A DNA stretch of 63,996 nucleotides, counting the filler, from Bonamia ostreae (taxonomy: Eukaryota): the NCBI GenBank assembly GCA_040357525.1. It is 22 parts of 22 records of this genome, joined end to end, with 100 filler letters (N's around TTAATTAATTAA, not from the genome) between each part and the next. Parts side by side here need not be neighbours in the genome. Positions count along the whole stretch, not along the records: positions 26,463 to 29,292 come from JBDODL010000680.1; positions 29,393 to 32,221 come from JBDODL010000681.1; positions 32,322 to 35,149 come from JBDODL010000682.1; positions 35,250 to 38,077 come from JBDODL010000683.1; positions 38,178 to 41,003 come from JBDODL010000684.1; 17 more parts are not named here. One strand, written 5' to 3'. The notes below the pieces were generated by a model. That model had not been told where the DNA came from and did no database searches. It was given only the letters and a program-made list of their open reading frames with translations. Numbering within the stretch: position 1 is the stretch's first letter; each line of letters begins with the position of its first letter. The position numbers and the translations under genes were made by a program. Positions 26,580 to 39,283 of the stretch are shown here, piece after piece.

Positions 26580-27302
26580 TATATAAACAATTCGGTTTTA
26601 GCGGACTTGTCCGAAAATGGGAACAAGTCTTCAGATGGATTGCATTGAACCCATTTGTCGTCGTGTATCTTTTGGTTTTCGTACATTTCGTCGATTGCAA
26701 AAATTGTTTTGTGCAAAGGATTTTCTTTCCCTGTGCAAGTTTTTTCTTTGACAATTTCGGGGAGATTTTCTTGCGCTTTAGATCTAATTTGGCATTTTTG
26801 CTGATTTTTGAGTTCGTTTTGGACTAAAATTGTATTTTAAACTTTTTTGGAAAATTTGTTTGGATTCGATTGATTTTGCGGTGTTAGGTGACGCTTGAAG
26901 GAGTTCTTTGGGAATTTTGGAATTTCTTTTTTTCTTTCTGTGGAGTCGTCTTTTATGTTCTCCTGTGTGGTTCAGATGCTTTTCTGAAACATCTTCTTTT
27001 GATTTCGAAGGTGGTTTTTCCAAATCGGGTTTTTTGGGCGAAAATTTTTCCGAACTCAATTTTTTGGAAAGGGATTTTGAACTGTCCTTTGTTTTTTGCT
27101 GTATCTTAGATTTTGTGTTCTTAGTCGTCCTACTTGAGTTTTTCTGCCATTTGATAAACACGGCGGCGTCTTTTTGCCCAAAAATTTCAATGACGTCATT
27201 TTCACCCATTTTTTTCATTTCTTCTGGCGAATAAATGTAGTTATCCTCTAACGCTTCGATATAAGACTCGTCCAGTTTCAAATCATTCAGAATTCTTTCC
27301 AT
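26580..27302 (-). CDS. Protein with N-terminal SAM-like domain and Lys/Ser-rich tail
   Basis: ILNDLKLDESYIEALEDNYIYSPEEMKKMGENDVIEIFG fits the SAM pattern L..L.L..Y...F..N.I.....L..L...DL..G. One probable 19-nt intron. Confidence 0.55.
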
Positions 27303-27593
27303 AAATTCAAATTAAAGCTTATTTACTATTGTTTCTACTATATCCGAAAGCTTAAAAAAATCGACAAATGGAATATGAACAAAACCGACCAAAATTTTCA
27401 AACAAAATGAACATGAAGCCACACAGCGTGACAGATCAAACTGAGAACAACGAGGCGAATGACGGAGAAACAACGATTAATTTGGAGCTAGTAGACGGAA
27501 ACGCACAAAAAAATTACTTCGAGGCGCCATTTATGTAAATAACTTTATTAATTTTCTCAATTTGTTCCGCAATGACCGAGTTAGATGACATAG

Positions 27594-28055
<462 letters not shown>

Positions 28056-28749
28056 TGAGATTTATGAAGTAAATTAGTTATCGTTTTTGTTATCTGATTT
28101 TTAATTCTTATTGATTGCCTGATTTTGTGTTCATTTGTTATCCAAATTCTTATCGATAATGCCAAAAAACGTTTTTGTCTTTGCTCAATATTTTATAACA
28201 AACGTTTTCAATAATTTTTTAATTTTATTGAAAATAATAACAAAAGATAAAAAATTTTTGTTCAAGCAACAAAAAATTTTGACGTTTTTAAAATTTTTTA
28301 AAACTTTTAAAAAATTTTGGCCCAATCGTTTTTAAGAATAAGCAAATCCAATATGGCGTTTCCATCTATAAAAATTAAAAAGTCAATATAAAATTTCGGG
28401 CATCTTAGCAGTTTTAAATTTCCTGCAGTGGCTCGAGGCTTAGTGGTTCGGACTAAGTTTACACATTTGAGCATGCATGGGTTCGAATCTGGGTGCTCTC
28501 GTTTCGAAACTGAAGTCAAAAAGTTTATCTGAACACCTAATTTGATTGAGAAGAAAATATTTTTTTAATCTGTCCAAAGTCGATTGCGTTTTATCCTTAA
28601 CAGTTCTATAATGCTTCTTCGATTGCGTGTTGAAACTTAAATCAGCTGTGTATCGTACCATTAACCAATAAAGTTGAAATTTTAAAAAAATCTCACGCCT
28701 ATTGTTTAAGTAATAAAATTTAATTCATTCTATTCATTGGAAATTCTTA

Positions 28750-29105
28750 TTTACTGCGAAATATTGAAAATCAGTGATATTGGTGAAAGAATTTTTAACA
28801 CAGAGGGAACAAATAGAAACGGTATATAATTGAATATCTGGCAGAAGTCCAATTTAAGAAAAATTCTAGCAATGCCTTAAGGGACTTAGTACAATGTATT
28901 TCATTAATGTATCCATTGAATATGTTTTTGAATTAAACAATTATTAGTGAATTAAATGAAATGTTTAAAACTAGAAACAAAAAAGAAAAAATTTTAATTC
29001 CAATAATAACTAATTTTTAGAATCTTAAAAAACTCCATTTAGAATTAAAAACAAATTGACACTTGATTTCATCGTTTATAAGGGAGGGGCAACTCCACTT
29101 TTACC
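28750..29105 (+). mobile_element. Decayed Merlin/ISXO2-like (IS1595 family) DNA transposon: C-terminal transposase relic and right terminus
   Basis: Broken frames read NIENQ*..VKEFL..RG..RYIIEYLAEVQFKKNSSNALRDLVQCISLMYP. The end GGGAGGGGCAACTCCACTTTTACC resembles the terminus at 59634-59660. Confidence 0.6.
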
Positions 29106-29392
29106 GAAATGCGTATAAAAAACAATGTAACGGAGAATTTTGTAAAAATCAGGTTTATCAAGATTTTACTAAAACAAATAAAATTTTTTTGGAATTTTTC
29201 TTTCCAAACCAGCTAAAACAAAATTACAATTAAACATAAACTATATATCAAAAAACAAACAAATAAGGTCTGTATTATTTGCTCAGTTGATCNNNNNNNN
29301 NNNNNNNNNNNNNNNNNNNNNNNNNNNNNNNNNNNNTTAATTAATTAANNNNNNNNNNNNNNNNNNNNNNNNNNNNNNNNNNNNNNNNNNNN

Positions 29393-30009
29393 AGAAAAGT
29401 GTCCTCAAAATTAAAAACTTTATCCAAATCGACGAAAAAAACATTTTCTCTTCGTTCGACATCCGGAAAATTCAGCTCATCGTACAGTACCTCTTCCTAC
29501 TCTATCACGCCTCCACAGATTCTTTGGGCGAGTCTTCCGAAAACGCCTTCGCACATGCTCGCCTCCTCAACAAGATTTTCCGTCTTCATTCGGAATGCTC
29601 CTGCGAAAGCCTGAAAGAAGAGGAGAAAAGATATGTCGCGTCGGAGAAAATAAAAAATCTTGTTCCCCGGAAATACTCCAATATGATAAACCAGGAGAAG
29701 GTGTCTGAGATAATGAGCATAATCGACACCAACTCTTTTGAGGTGAACGTGAGCAGAGAGTGGAGAGGATGCGGGCTGTACTTGGCTTCGTCGATGGCAA
29801 ACCACTCGTGCGCCTCCAATTGCGGATTCATGTTTAAAGGCGACGGGCTGAAACTGCAACTGATTGCCAAGGAGGAGATTAAGGCGGGGCAGGAAATCAC
29901 CATCTCGTACGATAGTTATGCGGAGACGATAGAAGATCGCTTTAATCGCGTTTTGTATCTGTCGCAGAATTATGGATTTCTGTGTCGGTGCATTAAATGT
30001 TCAAAATAA
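29393..30009 (+). CDS. SMYD-type SET-domain lysine methyltransferase, 3' part
   Basis: TNSF, GLY..SMANHSCASN, IKAGQEITISY and post-SET YGFLCRCIKC. Confidence 0.92.
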
Positions 30010-30574
30010 TTTTTGTTTGTCAATTTCTGTTCCGTTCCAAATCAACAATTCGACGCGATTCTGTACCAAAAATTGACCAAAAAATGGAAATTGACCGTTT
30101 GATTTTCTTGGCGAACTATAAATCAAAAATGGCGAACTTTATGCGCGTTTTAAATGTAAAATTGGAAATTGGAAAAAATGGCGAAAATAAAAATTATAGA
30201 CAAAAAGAAAAGATCACTGACGAAATTGGATTTAGCACTTTGAAAAATTATAATGTTAGTTCGACAAAAAATTTATTACGCGGTCTACAAAAAAATTTAA
30301 ATTCCATTTAATAGTTCAGAAATCTCTTTCTCGTTAACTCTACTTCTTTTCAAACAACGTCTACTTTGCCTTTTTGCTTTCCAAATTTGGTAATTATCTT
30401 TAAAAATATTATTTTCGTTAAAATTTCGTTTTTTCAATTTTAATAAATTTAGTTTTGACAATTTTTTAATTTTATTGTGGTGAGTCGCTTATGTTAAATC
30501 TTGTATTTCAAATTTTAAATATGTTTATATTTCTGTTATAGATTTTTACAAACCGTTTGAATATATACAAAATT

Positions 30575-32132
30575 ATGGGCGCTATTAATTCAAAATTATC
30601 TTGGGGGAAAGTGTTGAAAATATCAAAAGAAGATTTGGAAGAAACAAAATGTTGTTTTGGTGCAAATGGACATGATGGTTGTACAGAAAATTTCACAATA
30701 ACAAAAGTTATCAAAAAAACAAAGTTGATGTCGGTCTATAAAGGTTTAAACAAATAAAAATATCTTTGATGATGATAATATAAAAAATGTAAAATTAAAA
30801 ATTTTTAAGTCTGTTAAGTAATTTTTATATTTATGTTTTGAAATTTTCAATAATATTTTTTCGCAATTGTTGATTAAACAAAATTTTTCAATCAATAATA
30901 TTTCTTTATTCAAAGTTTTTCATTACTTTGACAACAATATTCAAATTAACTTCAATCTACATAAAGTTGTGAGCCAAAAAAATAAACATCTTGCTGTAAA
31001 AATTGTGAAAAAGGGCAAAAGAGACGAGTACACGGAAAATGAAATTGCAATCTTAGCCAAATTGAATGGACTTCATAAAAATATCGTAAAATGTAAACAT
31101 GTGTTTGAAACTAATAAATATTATGTTATTTTTGAAGAATTTCTTATATTTGACATAAGGTTTCTATAAAAATATTTAATCAAAGAAAATATCTAAAAAA
31201 AGAAAAAAGAATGACTTTAGATGCAGGCCGTTTTTAACGATATTTAAAATTTTTATTAAAAACACCAATTTTAATAAATATTTACAACTTTTTTGTAAAC
31301 TTTAAGCAAAATTTTTTGTTCTTTAAAATTTTTGTTATAGAAATACTGACACAACTTTTTGCTAACTTTTTGTTATAGAAACTAACAAAATTAAAAATAA
31401 AGGCGTATTTATTAGAAAAGTGACAAAAATTATTAGGTTTCTACACCAAAATAATATTGTTTACGGTGACCTAAAAACAGAAAATATTATGGTAGACGAA
31501 AAGGGAAATATCAGACTTGTTGATTTTGACCTGAGCATTAGGCTTGATCATAATTACACAGAAGATTTTCAACCACTTGGCACCGTCTATTATACGGGTT
31601 TGAAATTCTTCATCGTCAATTTTTATTTTTTTGTGTTAATTATAAGAAATCTTTTTATTCACAAACTGTTAAATTTAAAAATTAATCGAGAATAATAAAG
31701 CCCCCGAACAAGTTGTGGGTAAAACATGCAAACAATCAGATTGGTGGGGTTTGGGTTGTCTTTTATGTGAAATTTATATGTCACTAACAGCGAATGAAAT
31801 GCTATTTCTAAATAGATCTGAGTATGTAAATCAAGATGCTGCAATAATCGCATTACAACAATTGGACGAAGATTTAAAATTAGAAGATGAAGATCCCTTA
31901 ATGCAGCCGGCATTGCCATTTATAAATGAATGCGTTAAATTAAAAGTTGAAGATCGAATAGATTTAGATAAGGCTCAAAACTTGGGAGAAGTGGAATTCT
32001 TAAAAGATGTGACTGCTGCTCACAAAAATGAGTTTTAACATTTATTAACTAAACAGATTTGTTGATGAAATGAAGAGATTTGCAAATAATGTCATAAGAA
32101 AAGAGCAAAAGGCTTTTTTGATGCTTTATTAA
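30575..32132 (+). CDS. Divergent protein kinase (DFD motif), paralog 2, with an N-myristoylation-type start
   Basis: MGAINS start; LAVK, NEIAIL, YGDLKTEN, LVDFDLS, GTVYYT-APE, SDWWGLG. Confidence 0.87.
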
Positions 32133-32321
32133 AAATTATGGTCTGTAATTTTGCTATTAAACAATTTTGATTAAATTGTAATCTCAAAAATCGTTCGTTC
32201 TAAACCACATTTGAACCATTTNNNNNNNNNNNNNNNNNNNNNNNNNNNNNNNNNNNNNNNNNNNNTTAATTAATTAANNNNNNNNNNNNNNNNNNNNNNN
32301 NNNNNNNNNNNNNNNNNNNNN

Positions 32322-35149
32322 GTAAGAGAGATATACCAGTTGAGAATGGTGAATGTGAACCGATAGTAAGCACGGAAACAAAATATCTGGAAGAAAATGA
32401 ACAGAAACATCTACCAATAGAAAACGGTAAGTACTGGTATTTATTTTTTCCATCCCAAATGCGTCTCTTTTTAAAAAAAATATGACATTATGCTTTAAAT
32501 TTGTACAAATTCTTCTGAATCAGTGTTGCGAAATTCCATCTCTCGAAGATGAGAGCTATACATGTAGTTCTACATCATCAACATCGTAGCAATTTAGGCT
32601 GAAATGTACGCTCCCTTCTACTTTCAAGAGTAGTATTTTCGCATTCTATAAACAGTTTAGATCTCAGAATGACCTTTGCGTGGAAGTTCATAGATTGGCC
32701 GAAAATTTTCATGCAGAGAGCAACGGGTGAAAGAAGAGATGAGTGTATATTTCAGCTGTGGCTTGCAATGATGTTGAATCAATGGAGCCAAAGAGAACGA
32801 TATAGGTTTTATGAATTTATAAATGAATATTGAACTGCAGAATAGCAAAATTAAATTACCAAGGGTAAGTGTCATAGAATATGAAAATTAAGTGTGAGTA
32901 AAATTCACAACATTTTGTCATTCAAAATGAGCATTCACCCTTGGGACTAAGTTGGGACTACAATAGAAATAGGCATAAAATAGATAACTGAATGTAATTA
33001 GAAGGAATTAATTATCAATTAACCAGTATAGTTAAGCATGATTATCTCTTATATTGATTGAGGTGCACGTCTCTGTGTTTTTCTGACTGTAGATGAGAGA
33101 ACAACAGAAGACAAGGAATCGTCATCTCTCCTGGCTAGGAATGAAAATAAGAACCAGAGTAAAGGTTAAGATTTATGTCTGCCCATCTGTCTGTTTTGTT
33201 CGTCTGGCTGTTTATCTGTTTGTCTGTCTATGCGTCCGTCAGTCTGTCCATCCGTCTGTGCTCTATCACTTTCACATTTTGGACTTCTCCTTAACCAGTA
33301 GTTATTGTACCATATCTACTTCAAAGTCCTTGGGTAAAAGGGGACTTGGATAGACTAGGGGAGATGATTTATTGGTAGTTGGTTGGATGTTTCAAATATA
33401 TTCTTAAAACACTTGACCTGGAAAACCAAAACAATATACTGTAAATTAAACTCTGATCAAGTCTTAATTTCTCTGGGCAGGATGAGACCACAGCTGGTAC
33501 TGAGTTCAAAACGTAACACATTAATTATGCACAAAAATATATTTAGGTTTAATTATTCATACCAGGAACATTTGTCAAAGTAATGTAGGTATCATTATGT
33601 ATTGTAGAACATAAGCTTAGGGGTAGGTAATGTACCACACAATTGGGCTTTTGAAAAGTTGATGTAGGAATGTATAAGAATTTTGATAGCTTTTCTAATG
33701 CTCTCCACAGGAAGTATAGGTCTACAAACATTCTCATGAAGTGTACATTTAAATACATTTACACTATGACCCTAGAGCTATGATGAGGCTAATAAGAGTG
33801 AAATCGATATGCGGTATTATATATTAACTCTCCTTATTCTATTCAAAACATTTTAGGGTATTTTCTATTATCAAAATCAGCATGTAACTTTATTCGGGCA
33901 ATAGAAATAAAAACAATATATTTCATGGCAACTGGAGCTGAGGGATGGATCCAAAAGATGAACAAGTTTTGAAATCTTCTTTGCTCCGGGACATCTTCCA
34001 AACAAACTTTATACATGGTCATAATACGCCGGAAGGCCTATACCATAATTTTGAAATTCATGATACATGCATATGTCAGGAATTAATGTGTTAGGATAAG
34101 ACTTTATGTTCAGATAGCGAAAAGTTAGTATTTCTTCAAAAATAGGACATGGCCTTGGGTGGCAGGATGGGGATTTCTGGTTTCTTCATAGTGAGAAAAC
34201 GTAATGTCTTTAAAATTCTTCTTCAGGCATGACCACCAAGCAACTGGTCTGAATATTTGCAAATGACCTGCATGGTAATCGCTCCTGGACGCAATGTTAT
34301 ATTGGAATTGTTTGTCTTTCACTGTAACTTTATGTCCTTGCATTCTACTATATCAAAGAAACATTAGAAGGTTAAACACCTTTGCACAAAAGTCATTTAA
34401 AGAAAGTATTTGTCCCGCAATAGCTTTCTGATGATGGCACATTAGAAACTCCTACTTGACACGAACATATATTTATAAACAGTCAGTGTGTCATGATTTA
34501 CGCTAAAGTCATTTCAAAAGAGATTTTAGAAATATATTTCCTTTGCAATGCAAATATATGTTGGTTTTAGCACGAGGAAAGAAAAAATAGAAACATTTGA
34601 TATGGTCATACCTTCTATTGTGATACCTGTAAGATGTACTAAGAAATAAATTTATTTCTAAAAATGTATGAAATATGAACTGTGACGCTTCATGCTGGCA
34701 AACTTCATGAAGTGAGGTAGACTTTGTCCTGCTCGATGTTAATATAACACATTAGCATAAAGGTTTCCTTGACCTGCTACAGAGGAACTGTATAAAACAA
34801 TATATATGTTCTTGATATATGGAAGAACTTCAGCCATACAGTTAGGGGTAAATTATTTTAGTTTTTCATGGCGAAATATGTTATCTATATAACAGAGATA
34901 TAGATATATGGATTGGAAATTGAGGATTATTTTCATCTTCGCTACCTAAGGGTGTTGCTCCGCAGTGATTCTTTTTTTCACCCATGTCGAATAAAGCCGA
35001 TTCTTGTTAAATTCACGATGAAGTTTAAAAAGAGAAACACCACTAAGTGTCAATATTGGCTAGCGCACATGGTCAACCATTTACTTTTTACCATAACTTA
35101 AATCATTTATTTTCTTTCTTCAATGTTTTGTTCTCGATAAGAACCATTC
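32322..35149. other. Probable host (bivalve-type) contig: an exon end followed by long intron DNA
   Basis: Short coding-like stretch ends in a canonical G|GTAAGT donor at 32427, followed by ~2.7 kb of non-coding sequence containing a GTCY microsatellite element. Confidence 0.65.
33170..33300 (+). repeat. Degenerate (GTCY)n microsatellite followed by ACTTTCACATTTT-GACTTCT, resembling bivalve Helentron-associated (HINE/DINE-like) elements
   Basis: TGTCTGTC..CGTCCGTCAGTCTGTCCATCCGTCTGT..ACTTTCACATTTTGGACTTCTCC. Family assignment is from memory, not from a search. Confidence 0.5.
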
Positions 35150-35249
35150 NNNNNNNNNNNNNNNNNNNNNNNNNNNNNNNNNNNNNNNNNNNNTTAATTA
35201 ATTAANNNNNNNNNNNNNNNNNNNNNNNNNNNNNNNNNNNNNNNNNNNN

Positions 35250-36266
35250 AAAAATTTATTTTTTATTAAAATATTAACTCTTCAAAAATTTCTTTATCTT
35301 CATGTTCAGATTGTCTTAAATTTGGGTAATTTTTATATCGACTTAATCTATAAAATAGTGATTTGTCTTTGTTTTTGTTTACAAGTTCAAAAGATATTCC
35401 GTTTGTTGTTTCTCTTATTTTAGCGTGTTCCAAATCTTGCGAACTTTTAAAAAAATTGAGTTTCATCATCAAAGGAATGTTTTTGATCGACTTTCGTTTA
35501 AAAATCGACAAATTGTATTCGCTTAAACCGGTTAAGCTTTTTTCGATATCGAAAGATATTTTTTCGCCACGACGAAAATAATTTTGGAGAGAAAATTGCG
35601 ATCCCTTTTTTGTGAAAATTTGTTTCGTAATCAAAAACCNNNNNNNNNNTTGTGTTTATATCAGTGTTGAATTTTCCGGTGTATGAAAGTATTTTTTCGA
35701 TATCAAAAATTAGTTCGACTGGAATAGGTTCGTTTCCATCATATTTTTCTTTCGTTTTATTATACAGACCCAATTTTGGATTGATTTTGTTACAGATTCC
35801 AGTTTGGTCTAAATCCTTTTTTTTAATTTTTACAAACTTTCTAAAATAAACGAAAAAAATCAAAATTTGAAATTTATCACAAAACAAACAAAAAATCAAA
35901 ATTTGAAATTTATCACAAAACAAACAAAAAAATCAAAATTTGAAATTTATCGCAAAACAAACAAAAAATCAAAATTTGAAATTCATCGCAAAAAATCAAA
36001 ATTTGAAATTTATCGCAAAACGAAAAAAATCAAAATTTGAAATTCATCGCAAAAAAATTGCAAAACAAAAAAAGTTGAGAAAAAATTATAATAAAAACAT
36101 TTAATGGCGCTTCTATGATTTTCTGAAGTTGCTTGACGGTGTAGACTTTTCCTTTAATGTACGAAAGGGAATCGATTATTTCGTTAAAAGAAGGATTACT
36201 CTGTGTCGCCACAACATTTTTAATTATGACCTTTTCGTTTTCAATATCACTTATTTCCAAAGCCAT
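35250..36266 (-). CDS. Hypothetical spliced protein, divergently transcribed from dyskerin
   Basis: Three minus-strand open segments; the first intron is filled with a ~36-bp tandem repeat (35855-36060). Confidence 0.45.
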
Positions 36267-36368
36267 TACAATCTAAAGCTCCGGATCAAATCGATTTTAT
36301 ATTCAAAATTCTAAATTTCGAACAATTAGACTTTTCGTAAATAAAGTTTGCACAAAATTAGTCTTTTA

Positions 36369-38077
36369 ATGTCAGAAGAATCCTCAGAAACTTCTACCAG
36401 CAACGAACAGAACAGTTCAGAAACAACGATAAAAACGGAAAAGCACCAAATCGCGTCTCAAACACCGTCAAATCCAATCGACACTTCTAAATGGCCTCTC
36501 CTGCTAAAAGTTTATAACTGCAATGTCAGAATTATGACAAACTTTTAGTAAAATCAACCAATTACACTCCCATTCCGATCGGTTACACCCCTTTGAAAAG
36601 ACCAATTCGCGAATACGTAAAGTTTCGACATTTTAACTCGCGAACTGTTTAGATACGGAATCGTAAATCTGGACAAACCAGCAAATCCTTCGTCGCACGA
36701 AGTGGTCGCTTGGATCAAAAAAATCCTCAAAGTCGAAAAAACAGGCCATTCCGGCACACTCGACCCGAAAGTGACCGGCAACTTGTTGGTCTGCATCGAC
36801 AGAGCTACAAGACTCGTCAAATCTCAGCAAAACGCCCCGAAGGAATATGTCTGTGTCATCAACTTGCACCAAAAGACAACTCGGAAAAAACTGGAATCCG
36901 CGCTTGAAACGCTTTCCGGTCCACTCTTCCAACGGCCGCCACTTATTTCCGCCGTGAAAAGGAGACTGCGAGTAAGAACTGTGTACAGCAATAAATTGAT
37001 CGACTATGACGAAGAAAAAGGACTCGCGTTGTTTCGTACCAGTTGCCAAGCCGGCACTTACATCAGAACACTTTGCGTTCATTTGGGGCTGGTTTTGGGA
37101 GTCGGCGCGCACATGGAAGAACTGAGGAGAGTCAAAACGGGTTGTATGGACAAAAGCAAAAATATGGTCACGATGCACGATTTGTTGGACGCGCAGTGGC
37201 TGTTGGATAACAAAAGTTTTTTAAAATTTGGAAAATTTGACTTTTCTAAAAAAATTAATTTTCGATTTAAATTTTTTTGGGGAAATTAATAATTTTTGAT
37301 TTTTTTTCGGGAAATTTAATAATTTTTGACTTTTTTCGATAAAATATAAATAATTTTTGACTATTTTTTTTGGGAAAATTAATAATTTTTGACTATTTTC
37401 GATAAAATATAAATAATTTTTGACTATTTTTTTTTCAGGAAAATTAATAATTTTTGACTATTTTTTTTTCGATAAAATATAAATAATTTTTCACTATTTT
37501 TTCGGGAAAATAAATAATTTTAGACCAACTTTTAAAACGTGAAGATGAAGAATCGTATTTGAGAAGAGTGATCCAACCATTAGAAGCACTATTGATAAAT
37601 TTTAAAAAACTGGTAGTTAAAGACACTTCTGTAAGCGCAGTTTGTCATGGAGCCAAATTGATGATGCCGGGACTGTTAAGATATTCAGACAAAATTGAAA
37701 TCGGAGACGAGCTCGTTTTGATTACTACAAAAGGAGAAGCGATTGCAATTGGAATAGCCCAAATGACAAGTCACCAAGTTTAAACTAATATTCGTTAAAA
37801 ATAAACGACATCAAAAAAATATTTATAAAAACGATTTTAACGAAAATTTTTATTTTACCAAATTTCAATAATTGAAAGATAAATGGATGCGATCACGGAG
37901 TGGTGGCAAAATTAAAAAGAGTAATAATGGAGAACGATTTGTATCCGCGAAGATGGGGACTTGGTCCAATGGCCTTAACAAAGAAAAGACTTATCACGGA
38001 AGGAAAATTAGACAAATATGGCCAATCCAATAACAACACTCCGTCTGATTGGAAAGACTTCTATCTTTCTCTCACAA
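36369..38077 (+). CDS. DKC1: Dyskerin / Cbf5 H/ACA pseudouridine synthase; 3' truncated
   Basis: [59 protein letters not shown] domain and YPRRWGLGP. Confidence 0.98.
37216..37544. repeat. Dyskerin intron expanded by alternating ~30-bp AATAATTTTTGACTATTTT tandem units
   Basis: About 9 related units between the exons ending LDNK and starting NEESYLRR. Confidence 0.85.
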
Positions 38078-38177
38078 NNNNNNNNNNNNNNNNNNNNNNN
38101 NNNNNNNNNNNNNNNNNNNNNTTAATTAATTAANNNNNNNNNNNNNNNNNNNNNNNNNNNNNNNNNNNNNNNNNNNN

Positions 38178-38703
38178 CTTCTTAAGGAATGCTGCGCAGT
38201 TTTGGAAAGGTCTTCTGTTTGGTCGATCACGACAGCTTAAATTTGCACAGTAAACTTTTAAAGTTTTTGCTGTTTTTGCTTTTGAAAGAAGCGGTCGAAG
38301 CCATTTCTTTCAGCGTGTGTTGGACAATGTTCTTGTCGTAGTTGTCTAGACTTTGTAAGCCAAACCAGAGAGACTAGGATTCATCTGAATGTGGTGTATC
38401 GAGCTCAGAGTTTCGAATTCGATTGTTTTGGTTGGAGAGACTTTCAGAGTTTTGGTTTCCGCTTTGGTCTTACAGTTGGTGTTTTTACCTGCAGAGCCCC
38501 CTTTCCGTAGATTGCAGCCAAAAACGATTGGGTCAAACTAGTCTTTCCGGAACCAGACGGGCCGTAAAGGAGAATGTGTGGAACGTTTTCGGATTCGGAC
38601 TTGAAATACAATTTAAAACGAGCTTTTGCAAAATTTGCGAGGATTCTGGTTGTGTGGTAATGTCTCCCAAGCTCAATGGCTTGTAAATCTCTGTCCATAG
38701 CAT
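38178..38703 (-). CDS. RFC3: Replication factor C subunit 3 (38-kDa; yeast Rfc5), 5' part
   Basis: MLWTEIYKP, PHILLYGPSGSGKT, SSIHHIQMNPS, YDKNIVQHTLKEMA, LSKTAQHSLR. Four 20-nt introns. Confidence 0.92.
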
Positions 38704-39283
38704 TTTAAGCTTTGGATAAATTAAATTATAGGTTCAAATATTAAACTGCTTTTTTTGAATATTTGATTATCTTCAAAGTTTTGTGTTGGAGGCGTCAATT
38801 CTGTAATTTAAATTTTCTCTGAGATTTTTGTTAAATTCTGTAATTTAAATTCTCTCAGACTTTTCTTTATCAGATTGTGTACGGATTTTAATATTTAATT
38901 TAAATTCAGTAATTCAATAATATTAGATTATTGTCATTTCGAAAAAATGTCCGTTCCTTCATGTAAAAAGCGCAAAAGGAGAGTTTATTATCTATTTATA
39001 AAGAGAGTCGAAACAGAGAAAAATAAAGAGAGAGAGAGGTCGAAACGAAAAACATCTTCAAAAAAGAAGCCTAGTCCTGCCCAGAAAGGAGGAAATTAAA
39101 ATGGAGAGATTTGATTAAATTTTTATTGTCTAAAAACGGATCCTAAATTTAGTATCGTCGAAAAAAGTTTCAACAACAAAATCAAATTTGTTCATTAGAA
39201 TCAATTTAATAAACTTAAAAGTTTCAGATTAAATTTCAAAATTAAAAAATGTCTCTCGTAAAAGACACTTAACAAAAATAAAT

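Noticed and set aside
26920-26985. Second CPI-like motif (HLNHTGEHKRR) in the SAM protein
   Set aside because: It lacks the T..RP core; too weak to call.
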